DNA of 64,000 nt. Source: Phoronis australis. Lineage: Eukaryota > Animalia > Phoronida. The position numbers and the translations under genes were made by a program. Below the pieces are notes generated by a model. That model saw only the letters and a program-made list of their open reading frames with translations, had not been told where the DNA came from and ran no database searches. Positions 14,201 to 26,200 of the stretch are shown piece by piece; position 1 is the first letter of the stretch, and each line of letters starts with the position of its first letter. The DNA is taken from assembly GCA_002633005.1 (NCBI GenBank), contig NMRA01000003.1:480696-544695 (forward strand), read 5' to 3'.

Positions 14201-17200
14201 GTCCGATTTACTTGTCAGTTATTGGCAGATTGTGTAAACTAATCTTGTAAACACAGAGTATCAGATGGTCCAACTTACTTGTCAGCTATTGGTGGATAAT
14301 GTAAACTCATCTTGTAAACACAGAGTATCAGATGGTCCAACTTACTTGTCAGCTATTGGTGGATAATGTAAACTAATCTTGTAAACACAGAGTATCAGAT
14401 GGTCCAACTTACTTGTCAGCTATTGGTGGATAATGTAAACTCATCTTGTAGACACAGTGTATCAGATGGTCCAACTTGCGATCAGATGTAGATAACGTAG
14501 ATACAATGAACTGCTGATAGTTGTCTAAACATTCTCGTTCTGTTACATCATTGGACAAATGGTGCAGCACCATGCCAACAACTTCAGCAGATGCAGCATA
14601 CACCGCCAGGTAGGAGTTGTTCATGTTGAGCGCAACTGTCTTCAGAAAACTGTTGAATATACAACACAGACATGAACACAATGCAGACTCGTGATGCATT
14701 TGAGCCTACAAATCCCAACATCAGAAACTAACTTTAAAACACCTTCAGATAAAGCAATTTTGCAAGTTAGATAATTCCATGAAATGAAAGCTGCCACTGG
14801 ACACTGATCATCACAATATGACGAAGACAGTGAGAAACATCAGGCCACAGCTATGACATAAGTCACATATTAAACTAACCATTCTATGTGTGCAGCAACG
14901 ATGATAGCACTGGAAATATAAAAGGCTTTGAACAGAAAATGTGTTGAAAACCAAAGCAAATAATTGTACACTTTAGGTCCTGAGTCTTCTAGAACTTAGT
15001 CAATTTATTAAAGCACAGAAAAACATGCATATCAGGCAATATTGTTTTCAGCTGCAGTGAGCTTTGGCATTACATATACCCTTAGGGTCTAGCCTTACGT
15101 GTTCTATGGCATTACATATACCCTTAGGGTCTAGCCTTACGTGTTCTATGGCATTACATATACCCTTAGGGTCTAGCCTTACGTGTTCTATGGCATTACA
15201 TATACCCTTAGGGTCTAGCCTTACGTCTTCTTGTCAACAGCTGTGGTGAACCTGTAGGGTGGTAAATTGTTGGCTAGTACCAAGCCCAGTAGCTGGAGAC
15301 CTGTGGCATTCCGTGTACTCTTAGTGTCTCGATCACTCAGGTTCTCATAAATAACGCTGTAAAACACACACATAATATACAGCTGCTACACTTTGTTAAT
15401 TCTGAAAGCATAAGTTTTGGGGATCACTAGAGACGATACATGACTGCAGCTCATGTTGGAATAATAAACATCAACATTTAGCAAGGTTTTAGACAACTGA
15501 CCTGTCACCAGGACTTTGAGTGACGGCTTAACACCTTCATTTCCAAGCCGCTCTTTTACCCGACAAACAACACGTTGGCGAGTAAAACTTATTGTTCGTT
15601 TGTCGACATTTCGCAAGGGGTTGAAGTTTGCAATAGGACAATTAACAAAGATACTCAGCATTCTACCTCACAGTAACAGAGAGCAGAACCTAATATGTTG
15701 AATAGAAAATCATAACAGTTCTGTATGGAAACCATTGCATGACTCACGCTGTGGGAACATCGATACAGTCTTTCCAGCATTCAACTAAGGTCTTTGACAT
15801 CTCAATGTTTCTCTTCAATATACCAAGTTTTTCATGATGAGCATTCTTCATTACAAACTCCACCAGTCGACTGGACAAGTGACGATCCTGCAGACAAAAC
15901 AAAAGTACATTCATTTGAAGTCAAGCACACAATTTGAGCAGTGTATGCATATGACATTCTGCAAAAAGCGGTATTTCTTTCAAGCCATCTTAAAATGCAC
16001 GCTGTACACTTTTAACGTTATCGTATCATTATTTGAACCACTGGAAATGCAAAATTAATCCTCGTGGCAAGTAAGAACCTTTCATTCACCAAACGTTCAG
16101 AAAACATCTCCCCAAAATCAATTATGTTGCATGTTGTTTTAACTATTTAGTGTGAGGGTAATAGTCACTTAAATGGGCCCTGCACATTGAGAACAAGATT
16201 TCTCCTCTGAATAAGAGGCACCAAACAGGCTCTCAAAATCTGAGACACCTTTAAGTGATTACAGCTTCATGTGAAATAAAATGTACCACAGAGTAATACT
16301 TCAATCTTCAAAACTTATGAAATTCTACACAAGTCATTAAGGAAACCAAGAAAAGCTACTGGCAACAGTTTCAAAAACTAACAGAGGAAACTGTTGACAA
16401 AAGCTAATCAGTGTAAAATACTACCTCTGGTACAGCAACGTGTGCCCATGACAGGAGGGTGACTATCACATCCACCAGGAAGTAATTGATCCCTTCAGAT
16501 ACGTCTGTCTCTGTGACGACCAGGTGAATCAAGGGGTTAAGCCAAAATTTAGCATACGGTGTGAACACCTGAAAACAAGAAGCAAAACTGGCACATGTAA
16601 TCAAGCTTACACCATCAAAACTGGCACATGTAATCAAGCTTACACCATCAAAACTGGCACATGTAATCAAGCTTACACCATCAAAACTGGAACATGTAAT
16701 CAAGCTTACACCATCAAAACTGGCACATGTAATCAAGCTTACACCATCAAAACTGGCACACGTAATCAAGCTTACACCATCAAAACTGGAACATGTAATC
16801 AAGCTTACACCATCAAAACTGGTACATGTAATCAAGCTTACACCATCAAAATCTGAAAAGTGACTAATTTGAACAGGTATTATTCCATCAGCTCCACAAT
16901 ATGGTTTATATAATAATGAGACAACCAACTTTTGTCTTCACCTATGAAGTGTTCTACAAAGAACTCACCTGATCTTTACATGCAAAGGATATAGGCTTCC
17001 ATGACAACAAAGGGCTAGTTAAGAATAAACATCCGGTAACAGACTCAACATAGTTGGTAGTCTGAGTTACCACCAATTGCGTATATCTCACAATTAGCAA
17101 TGAAACAACTAAGAAATCAAGAAAAATAATTGGTGAATAGACAAACTTTTCAACTCTCGCTCATGACAGCAAAGGAAAACAGTAGTTCACATACTGAAGA

Positions 17201-20200
17201 CTCACTTGAAACTGTGTATTTCGCAGATTTAAGGATTAAAATCATAATTATCTGCTATTTAAAATAAACTCTTATCTTATAATTTGCTTCCATCGGTATT
17301 GAAAACACAAACATGTCAACTGAATCAAAAGCTGTAGTTAAGTCAATGAAACGTGTTGTAAAGCACTTATGGATCTACCTCTTCTAAATTGATGATCATC
17401 TTGGCAATGAACATCTTGACATTCCTTGGTACAGTCATGTTACTCATCTTCTTATGGAAGAACTGCATCCATGTTGGTAAGGAAGACGTGTCGCTACTGA
17501 ACATACCGGCAGACTTCATGTGCTGGATGACAGAGACCAGGGTGGACATGCAAGGATGTTGGTTCAACTGGTCCATCTCCATCTCAATGAAGTCTACACC
17601 AGTTACGCCCCCTGCAGACTCCTACATGAAACATAATAGGATACGTGATGTGAATTAAAGAACTAGTGCCAGTGGTGTATATCAAGCACAAATCAATTCA
17701 TGAAATAAGATTTAACAACAGTAAACAATACATGTGTAGACTATTAGTAACTGGGGTTAACCTCTAGAAACCTCCAACTTGGTCAAGGGGAACCTGGGAT
17801 TACTGGAACTAGAATTCCCACATCCCATAATTATCTCACTTCCTATGCGGAGAAGGAAATGCATTGTATGATTGGCCTACTTTTTTCAAAATGTCGGCTT
17901 TGAGCTTGACAAATGAAGAATATTTTACCAAATCTCACTCTGGGATTTTCAAATTTTATGTCTGCACTGCAACTAACAGTGCAACAGTAAAACTTTATAT
18001 CCATCCGAATGAAAAATGGCATGTTAATTTTAGACTAAAATAATAATTAACGTGGCAGCAATGTATACTGTGGAGAAAGTAACACAGTATTCTGGGTAGA
18101 TACTAAAAACTCTTAGAGGGCGCTGCAGTGTTCCGAAAAGGGGCTATTGATGATGTAAGCCACAACGGTTATTGAAAAAAAGTAATAGCTGGATGACACT
18201 AATTAAACGCATTTCCTTTACAAGCAAAGCTCTGTGATCTAATACATACGTCAAATGTATTGTTAGCCTGTTGCTGAGACGAGCCATGTGGTTTGTGTTG
18301 AGAGCTAACTGTAGTCTGACTGAAAGTGTAGGGGTTGACGTCATCATACAAACTACTGTCTGCCAAATACTGAGAGGCGAGGTACTGAGAAGCTAACGGC
18401 TGGTCATCACTGTCATCAGGATCACGCTGTTTGACACGCAAGTTATGACGAATGGCGGTAAACGTCTTTTTCCTGGTTGGTAGGGAATCAAACATCACGT
18501 CAAACTTGTATTCTTTGTTTGGATCAATGATGTTCTCCAGTAATAGCTGACCCTGAAAAGGTGAACATATTATGTAACTGATTATGTTTCAGGTGACTTG
18601 TAAGACCGGGAGAATAGGCATGTATTGTTCACTCACATCCACTGTAACTGTATTCATTGTATGCTGATACATTTCGGTCACTATAACAAAATAAATGAAT
18701 TTAAAAAATGTACTGGAACACAGATAGATTTTAACGTAACATGAGAAATAGGATGACTAGTTTACAAAAAGACTCTCGACTGCATTGTTCACAATAGCGT
18801 TTAGCAGTCAACAAGAAAGAACAAAATCCTACATCAATAAACCACACATCATTCAACCTTAGTATCCCTGACTTCATCGGGAAGGAAACAAGCAAGTGGA
18901 AAATAAAAATATTCAAATTTTAAAATAACCTTTTCTGGTGTGTCTTTGAACAAGAAGCCATTGTAGAACTTGGCGTCTGTCTGTGTACATGTGATAGTAG
19001 CTATCAAGGTATTGTACGCCGCACAGTGGTACTGTCGCCGCAGGTCCAGCAACAGCGTCTCACCTCGCATGTCTTCACATTTTATAGAGTTAGACAGCCT
19101 AAGGGCACAAAATAGTTCAATAATTCAACATAAATACACCTTTTCTTTGATAGATGACTTTCCAGCTAACACCCAGAACATCTTAGCAGCTGCAAGAGGG
19201 TGTACATTTCTCAGAAGAATTTGAATATAAGTAAAAAAATTATTTTATGTAAGTATGTACCATAACAGATTCAATTGATCAAATCCTTTTGTATCTGATA
19301 GGGAATGATGGAGTCGATTAAATGTAATAACAACAGGATTTAACAATTAGCAACAACTCACCACTTACTCAGCATTTGACAACACAAAATAACAATTCAT
19401 TAGAAACACAGGATAAAACTTTATGATCATTAACACATTTGTGTCCCAAGTCACACAACCACTACGTCACATACTTGGTCACAGCTTGTGTGAGTTCTTT
19501 GCCCGTCTCTGCCTTCCCATCACAGAATGCCTCGTTGACAACAGAAGTCTTATTGAACATGTCGTCTCTAGACAGACGAGAATACATCACCTCCAATAGT
19601 TCAAGGCAGCAGATCTTGGAGACCAGTTCACTCTGCATAATGCTCTCCTGGAACTGAAAGTTTTGCAACATAATACGGAGCAGAACAATATCCAACCAGA
19701 GTCTATACTAACATTATTATAATCTGTCTTATATGTTTTGGAGAGACGGACGCAACGTCGCTAACTCAAGTAGGCAAATTCCAGTATTAGATTTAATATT
19801 TCTGTATTTTGTTACCTCGACTGGATGTCTCAAAACTTTCACGCTTTTATAATGCCTCATATGTTTTGGAAAAGGTGAAAACAGAGACATTGTTTGAATT
19901 GTATTAAAATATTCATAGCATGATAGAACTGTTCTAAAGCTTCATGTAAATTTCTGTTCTTCAACTGTATTTAGTTAAAACAATACACAGGTATGTGGAG
20001 AGTACAGAGAACCATAGTTCGTTCATATTTGACTGCACACCTGTGTCTCAAAATAAATACAACTATTCCCTGTTAATAATTCAAAGAAAAACAACAATTC
20101 GCTGAAATTCAAATGAAAACATCCCTTCTATGGTTATAATGCAAATAAATGCTTTTGTTCTACTTTTCTATTTGAAGAGAGGGGACGTCGAAAAAATAAA

Positions 20201-23200
20201 AAAAAGTTTTGTTTGCTTCTTTTTCATAACAAAATCATTCAAAACGACACAAGTAGAACTCGGCAAGAAGTATAACTTAAACAACAGTCCTCAACAACTA
20301 TTGGTTACATAAACTTCAAGTGACTGCTCTAGGGAACAACCTCAACAGTGAGGAAGAAACATCAAATTTTGGATTATTTGATTACAAAATCTCCAAGCAA
20401 AGCGGATGCAACGAGTGATTCTGACACAAAAATGCATCCCAAACATAGCCAAGGCTTGGTCATTTTCAAACAACGGTGTAAAAACAGTGATAAATGATCC
20501 TACTAAAAGCTATTTTTAACAGAGTGCAGCTCAAAGGTAAAATCACATCAGCTAACATGACAAGCATTCTACAAAGTTAGATGAAGATTTTCCGATCTTT
20601 TGTTCAGCTGTGAAACACACGTCTTTTTGGGGGCATGTCAATAACGAGGCAAAGGCGTCATAGAGGAGGTGCTTAGAAGAACCCCATTAACCAGCAAATA
20701 TCCGCTAGATTCATGACACCAGAAAACACTGTGTGTGACAAGGTGATGGACAAATCAGGTCACCACCTTCGCTAGTCTACAGTCCATCAGCCATTTGAAA
20801 TCTGTGCTCTTTTATGTTCTTTAAGATATAATCTTCAAATTTCTATTTTTATGCGCCCACATATTTATATGTGGACGCATTATGCCGTCATCTCTGTCCG
20901 TCCGTCCGTCCGTCCGTCCGGGCGGCGTCCGTCCGGCGTCCGCTGCTCTATCTCCAAAACCCTTTGACATACGTTCATGAAATTTGGCACATATGTTCCA
21001 TTCATGAATGGGACGGCATGTGCGAACTTTCGGACGGATCCGACTACCGGTGTGCCCCCTAGTGGCAATTTTAGTTTTTTACGCTTACCTTTGTATCTTC
21101 AAAAGTCCTGAACGGATTTTCATGAAATTTGGTATGTAGGCACCTAGTAGTGAGATGACGCTATCCTGCCGTTTTCGGATGGATTCGACATAGTTTGCGC
21201 CACCTAGTGGCCATTTTTACTGTTTTCGAGTCTGTTTTTGTGCTTCCACCCCTCTATCAACCAAACCGCTCAAAGGATGATTGTGAAAATTGGCATGTAT
21301 GTGCTTACTATGTAGAGGACGGTTGACGATGATTTTCCGACGATTTCGACTACTGTGGCGCCTCCTAGTGGCAGTTTTGTTTTTTTTGCGCCTATGGCTG
21401 TATCTCCTAAACCGTTCGCAGGATCTTTACGAAATTGTGTAAGTATATTTATATGATGTTAACAACGGAAGATGACGACTTTTGGACGGATCCGACTACC
21501 GGTGTGCCCCCTAGTGGCAATTTTAATTTTTTTACGCTTACCTTTGTATCTTCACAAGTCCTTATTGGATTTTCATGAAATTTGGTATGTAGGCACCTAT
21601 TAGTGAGATGACGCTATCCTCCCGTTTTCAGATGGATTCGACATAGTTTGCGCCACCTAGTGGCCATTTTTAGTGTTTTCGAGTCTGTTTTTGTGCGTCC
21701 ACCCCTCTATCAACCAAACCGCTCAAAGGATGATTGTGAAAATTGGCATGTATATGCTTACTATGTAGAGGATGGTTGACGATGATTTTCCGACGATTTC
21801 GACTACTGTGGCGCCTCCTAGTGGCAGTTTTGTTTTTTTGCGCCTATGGCTGTATCTCCTAAACCGTTCGCAGGATCTTTACAAATTGTGTAAGTATATT
21901 TATATGATGTTAACAACGGAAGATGACGACTTTTGGTCGGATCCGACTACCGGTGTGCCCCCTAGTGGCAATTTTAGTTTTTTACGCTTACCTTTGTATC
22001 TTCAAAAGTATTGAACGGATTTTCATGAAATTTGGTATGTAGGCACCTATTAGTGAGATGACGCTATCCTACTGTTTTCAGATGGATTCGACGTAGTTTG
22101 CGCCACCTAGTGGCCATTTTTACTGTTTTCGAGTCTGTATTTTTGCGTCCACCCCTCTATCAACCAAACCGCTCAAAGGATGATTGTGAAAATTGGCGTG
22201 TATGTGCTTACTATAAGGAAGACAGCTGACAATGATTTTCAGACGATTTGGACTACTGTGGCGCCTCCTAGTGGCAGTTTTGTTTTTTTGCGCCCATGGC
22301 TGTATCTCCCAAACCGTTTGCAGGATCTTTACTAAATTTAGCAAGTGTATTTATGTGATGTTGACAACGGACGATGACGACTTTAGGATGATTCTGATTA
22401 CCGGTATGCCTCTAGTGGCAATTTTAGTATTTGCCTCTAGTGGCAATTTTAGTATTTTACATTGACCTCTGTATTTTCATAGGTCTTCAGGTGTATACTT
22501 TGTGTTACTTCGTGACTGTGAAGGAAAAGTTCCAAGTAGAAATTTGTTTCTGGCATTCTAATGCTGTGCTAATCTCGTATGTTGGTAAATTTGTTTTTAA
22601 TTCTATGTTTCTGTGGTGCTTTAAGCAACTGGTGTATAGGATGTGCTTGTATTATGAAGATTACTCACATTTTGCCCCTAGCCTATTGAGGAGACAATGA
22701 CCATGCCTTTCCATTTTGCAAAGTATGCCCTCTACTGGCCACTTTATGGTACCAATAAACAACCCTAGAAGGATACCGTATGCAGTGCAATTGTGGGCGC
22801 ATTTCAACGCTCTGCGTTGCTCTTGTTGTCATTGTTATGATGCCATATTCTGGAAAATGCAATCATTTCAGGTTTTTATTGTAAAGGTATAAATTTTGTT
22901 ACCGGGATTTTCCGTAAATTTGCCCATGGGCATGTACTTGGAAAATGAAAATTTTCAGACGTTTTAATAACAACAAATAAATGCCTAGGGCTTAATCGGA
23001 AAAGAGAGGCGTGTAAACGAAAAGTCATACTTTTGCTGACTTTGACATTAATTTTGTTACTTAAAATTGTGTTTTTACAGTTTATGTTAATAAATGCATA
23101 GTTCGCCAACACCTTGTTCACATTTATAAATGATAAATGCTCTATAAAACTGAATTTGTGATAAAACATTGACTGGGAGTGGGACTTTTAAGTGGAAATT

Positions 23201-26200
23201 TTCTGAATAAACGCCCCACTATCTGGACACTTTACACTAGAAGTTGTAACACCAAATAAACGCCCATGGGAGTTCATTCAGCATAATTTTCCGAATAAAC
23301 ACCCATGGGCATTTTATCGGGTGGGCTTATCTACTGAAAACCCCGATATGTTATTGGGTTGTATCTGTATTGAAACACCCAGTACCTTGGTGAGCTTGCT
23401 GTTCAATGCTGCCATTAACTCTACAATGTGTTGCTTGAAGAACTCCCTGACAGCCGAGACATGAGCTAGTCTCAGAATGGGAAGGCAGACCTGCTCTAGG
23501 GTGGTCCTTCTGATCTCACTGGAGAAAGAATCCTCACCTTTGAAGATCGTGTAAGGAATATCAGCGGCCAATAAATGGTTATCGTAAGGCAAACTGTAAT
23601 GTAGAATCATTCTCTCAGTCCTTGCGACTATATTAAGGTTACGCATAAACCTATTTCACAAAATATGTTCACAAAATATACTAATCACAAAATATACTAA
23701 TTGAAATCTACTAGACTGTGCAAGAAGCAAAATATGTGATGGTTTCAAATAAATTTATTTTCACACAAATAGATGTTTTCTTGTGAAAATGTCACTTTTG
23801 GAAAGGCTATCACCAACAAGCATGGTCCATCAAATCAAATCTCCCGCCAAAGTATTCCCAGGCAGTGTAAAACCCTATTGTTTGTCAACCCACACACTCT
23901 GTCAAGTGAATCAGCACTCACATTATGGTTTCAAAGTTCTGAAATTTTTGTTAATTGTTATGCTGCATAAAAGTCAGATTGTGAAGGAAATTAAGAGTCA
24001 AAACATAAGAGGAACAAGCCAGCAACATGCAAGACTCCATTCCCCATTCCAGTCTAAGTCAAACTCAGTTTCAAAGTGGCCAGAGGCCTGCAAGTAAAGT
24101 TCGCCAAACAAACGCGGGATCGTCTGGATTAGATAACCTGCTATGAGCCCAATAAAACTTCATAAAATTGCCACAAATCCAACCCAAGTGAGCTCCATCA
24201 TTTTTACGTTTCATTTAATATCAAAAATCTCATTATATTCCCAGAAAAGAGCTCAGCACTGAGCAATTAAAAAACATCAACTCTAGTCACGGAAAATCAG
24301 ACATTATTTTTGAGCAATTTTATCAAAATTTTAATACAGAATTCTTGATGAATGCTGGTGAAAGGACATTACTTATAATGTACCTTTCAAAAAACCAAAA
24401 AAAAATCCAAAAACCCAGTCACGTGACCACGGGAATGGCACGGTGTTGTAAATGAATAGATTTGTACTGACTCCTAGTTTCACTGAGAAAACGTATACTT
24501 CTATGAGTTAGCACTCACAAGTTACTTTACTAATAAATATTTCAAGAAAACAACAAAATCAGGAGTACACGTGCTCATTCATTGGTGATATGAAACCTCA
24601 CATCAGTAATGTCTGTGGAACAGAGCGATAAAAATTGTCAAGCAAGTAACAGGATAAATGAGAAATACGAAATAACAAAGAGGTACCTTCTGACAAACTT
24701 AGTCAGAGTGCCTTGAAAAGAATCACAAAGAACATGGTCCCTTTCACGGCACACTATACTGATACACAACTCCAACAAAAGAGGACTCCCTGACATCTCC
24801 AAACAAGCAAACAGCTGAAAGAACAAGTTAAAACCTCAGTTAGTTCGAGCACTTGGACACCACTAAATATCAAGTTGAACACTCCAAATGACAATAATCT
24901 CAAAACCATATCTTGTTGTGTGACTAAAGATCAACACTCCAAATGACAATAATCTCAAAACCATATCTCATTGTGTGACTAACAGCATTTTGGATTATTA
25001 CAAAATATCACAATCCAATGCTACAGCATTTTGACTGTCAAATTATTACATGAGCAAGTACTTACTTTGTTCACAGCAGAAGTATACTCCATAAAGACAG
25101 GAGAGCCTGGTGTAAGGTCACTGCTTTTCTGTGCCAAGTTGTTGGCAATGAAAACATTCAGCGACTCCCTGTAAAAGAGCAGTCCAAGGGTGCAGTCACA
25201 GATTTAAGTGGAAATTAATTTTAGCCTGCACAACAGTAGCTAGAATTACTAAACTTACATGTTATTTCAAATTAATAGAAATTTCTAAGTTAAACTTTGT
25301 CTGAACACCACATCAGCAATCAGAAATACACTGCAGGTCAACTTACTAACTGAGCACAGAATGCACTAATAAAATACTAAAACAATTCTGATGGAAATGT
25401 CCATTACTGTATTGAAAATGATTTACTTAACATGGATTTGTAGGTCTCAACCAGTAATCAGTAGTGTTTTTGGCCACATTCCTATTCAATAGGGCCAAAA
25501 TCCTGTGCAATATGGCCACATCCGTGTACAATAGGGCCATATTCCAGTGCAATATGGATATATTCCTGTGCAATAGAGCCATATTCCTGTAGAAAAGGGT
25601 CATATTCCTATGCAATAGGGCCATACTCCTCTGCAATAGGGCCATATTCCTGTGCAATAGGGACATATTCCTGTGGAAAAGGACATATTCCTGTGCAATA
25701 TGGCCATATTCCTGTGCAACAGGGCCATGTTCATTTGGAAAAGGGTCATATTCCTGTGCAATAGGACCACATTTCTCTGCAATAGGGCCATAGTACTGTG
25801 GAATATTGCCATACTCCTGTGCAATAGGACCATGTTCCTCTGAAATAGGGCCATATTCCAGTGGAATAGGATCATGTTCCTGTGCAATAGTCATATTCCT
25901 GAGCAATAGGGCCATATTTCACACAAGTTTGACAATGGGGGATGCACAAAAAGAAATTCCTAAATTTAGTACATCTGCAGTGAGTAATGTTAGCAATTAT
26001 TCTTACTAATGTAGAACAATTTGGTAGGTATGATTTTTTCACACACACTTAATACACTTAATAAATATAAAAGTATTTGCTGAATTTGTTTTGGGGAAAA
26101 TTGTCAGCATGCAGGTCACAAAAAATGATTAGATGAACTGGATGCAGCCCGTAGGCGACAGTTGGTAGGTTGCTGAAAAACGGACTGAATTGGTCTGCTT

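Noticed and set aside
14139-16851. Regular repeats superficially like CRISPR arrays
   Set aside because: Head-to-tail units with no unique spacers, no cas genes, and a eukaryotic intron context.
19737-19845. Possible Penelope-like retroelement tail (also ~49440-49480)
   Set aside because: Only a short motif-level resemblance; too weak to call without a database search.
21772-22700. ORFs inside the HINE element
   Set aside because: Translations of satellite monomers, with no Rep, helicase or transposase motifs.
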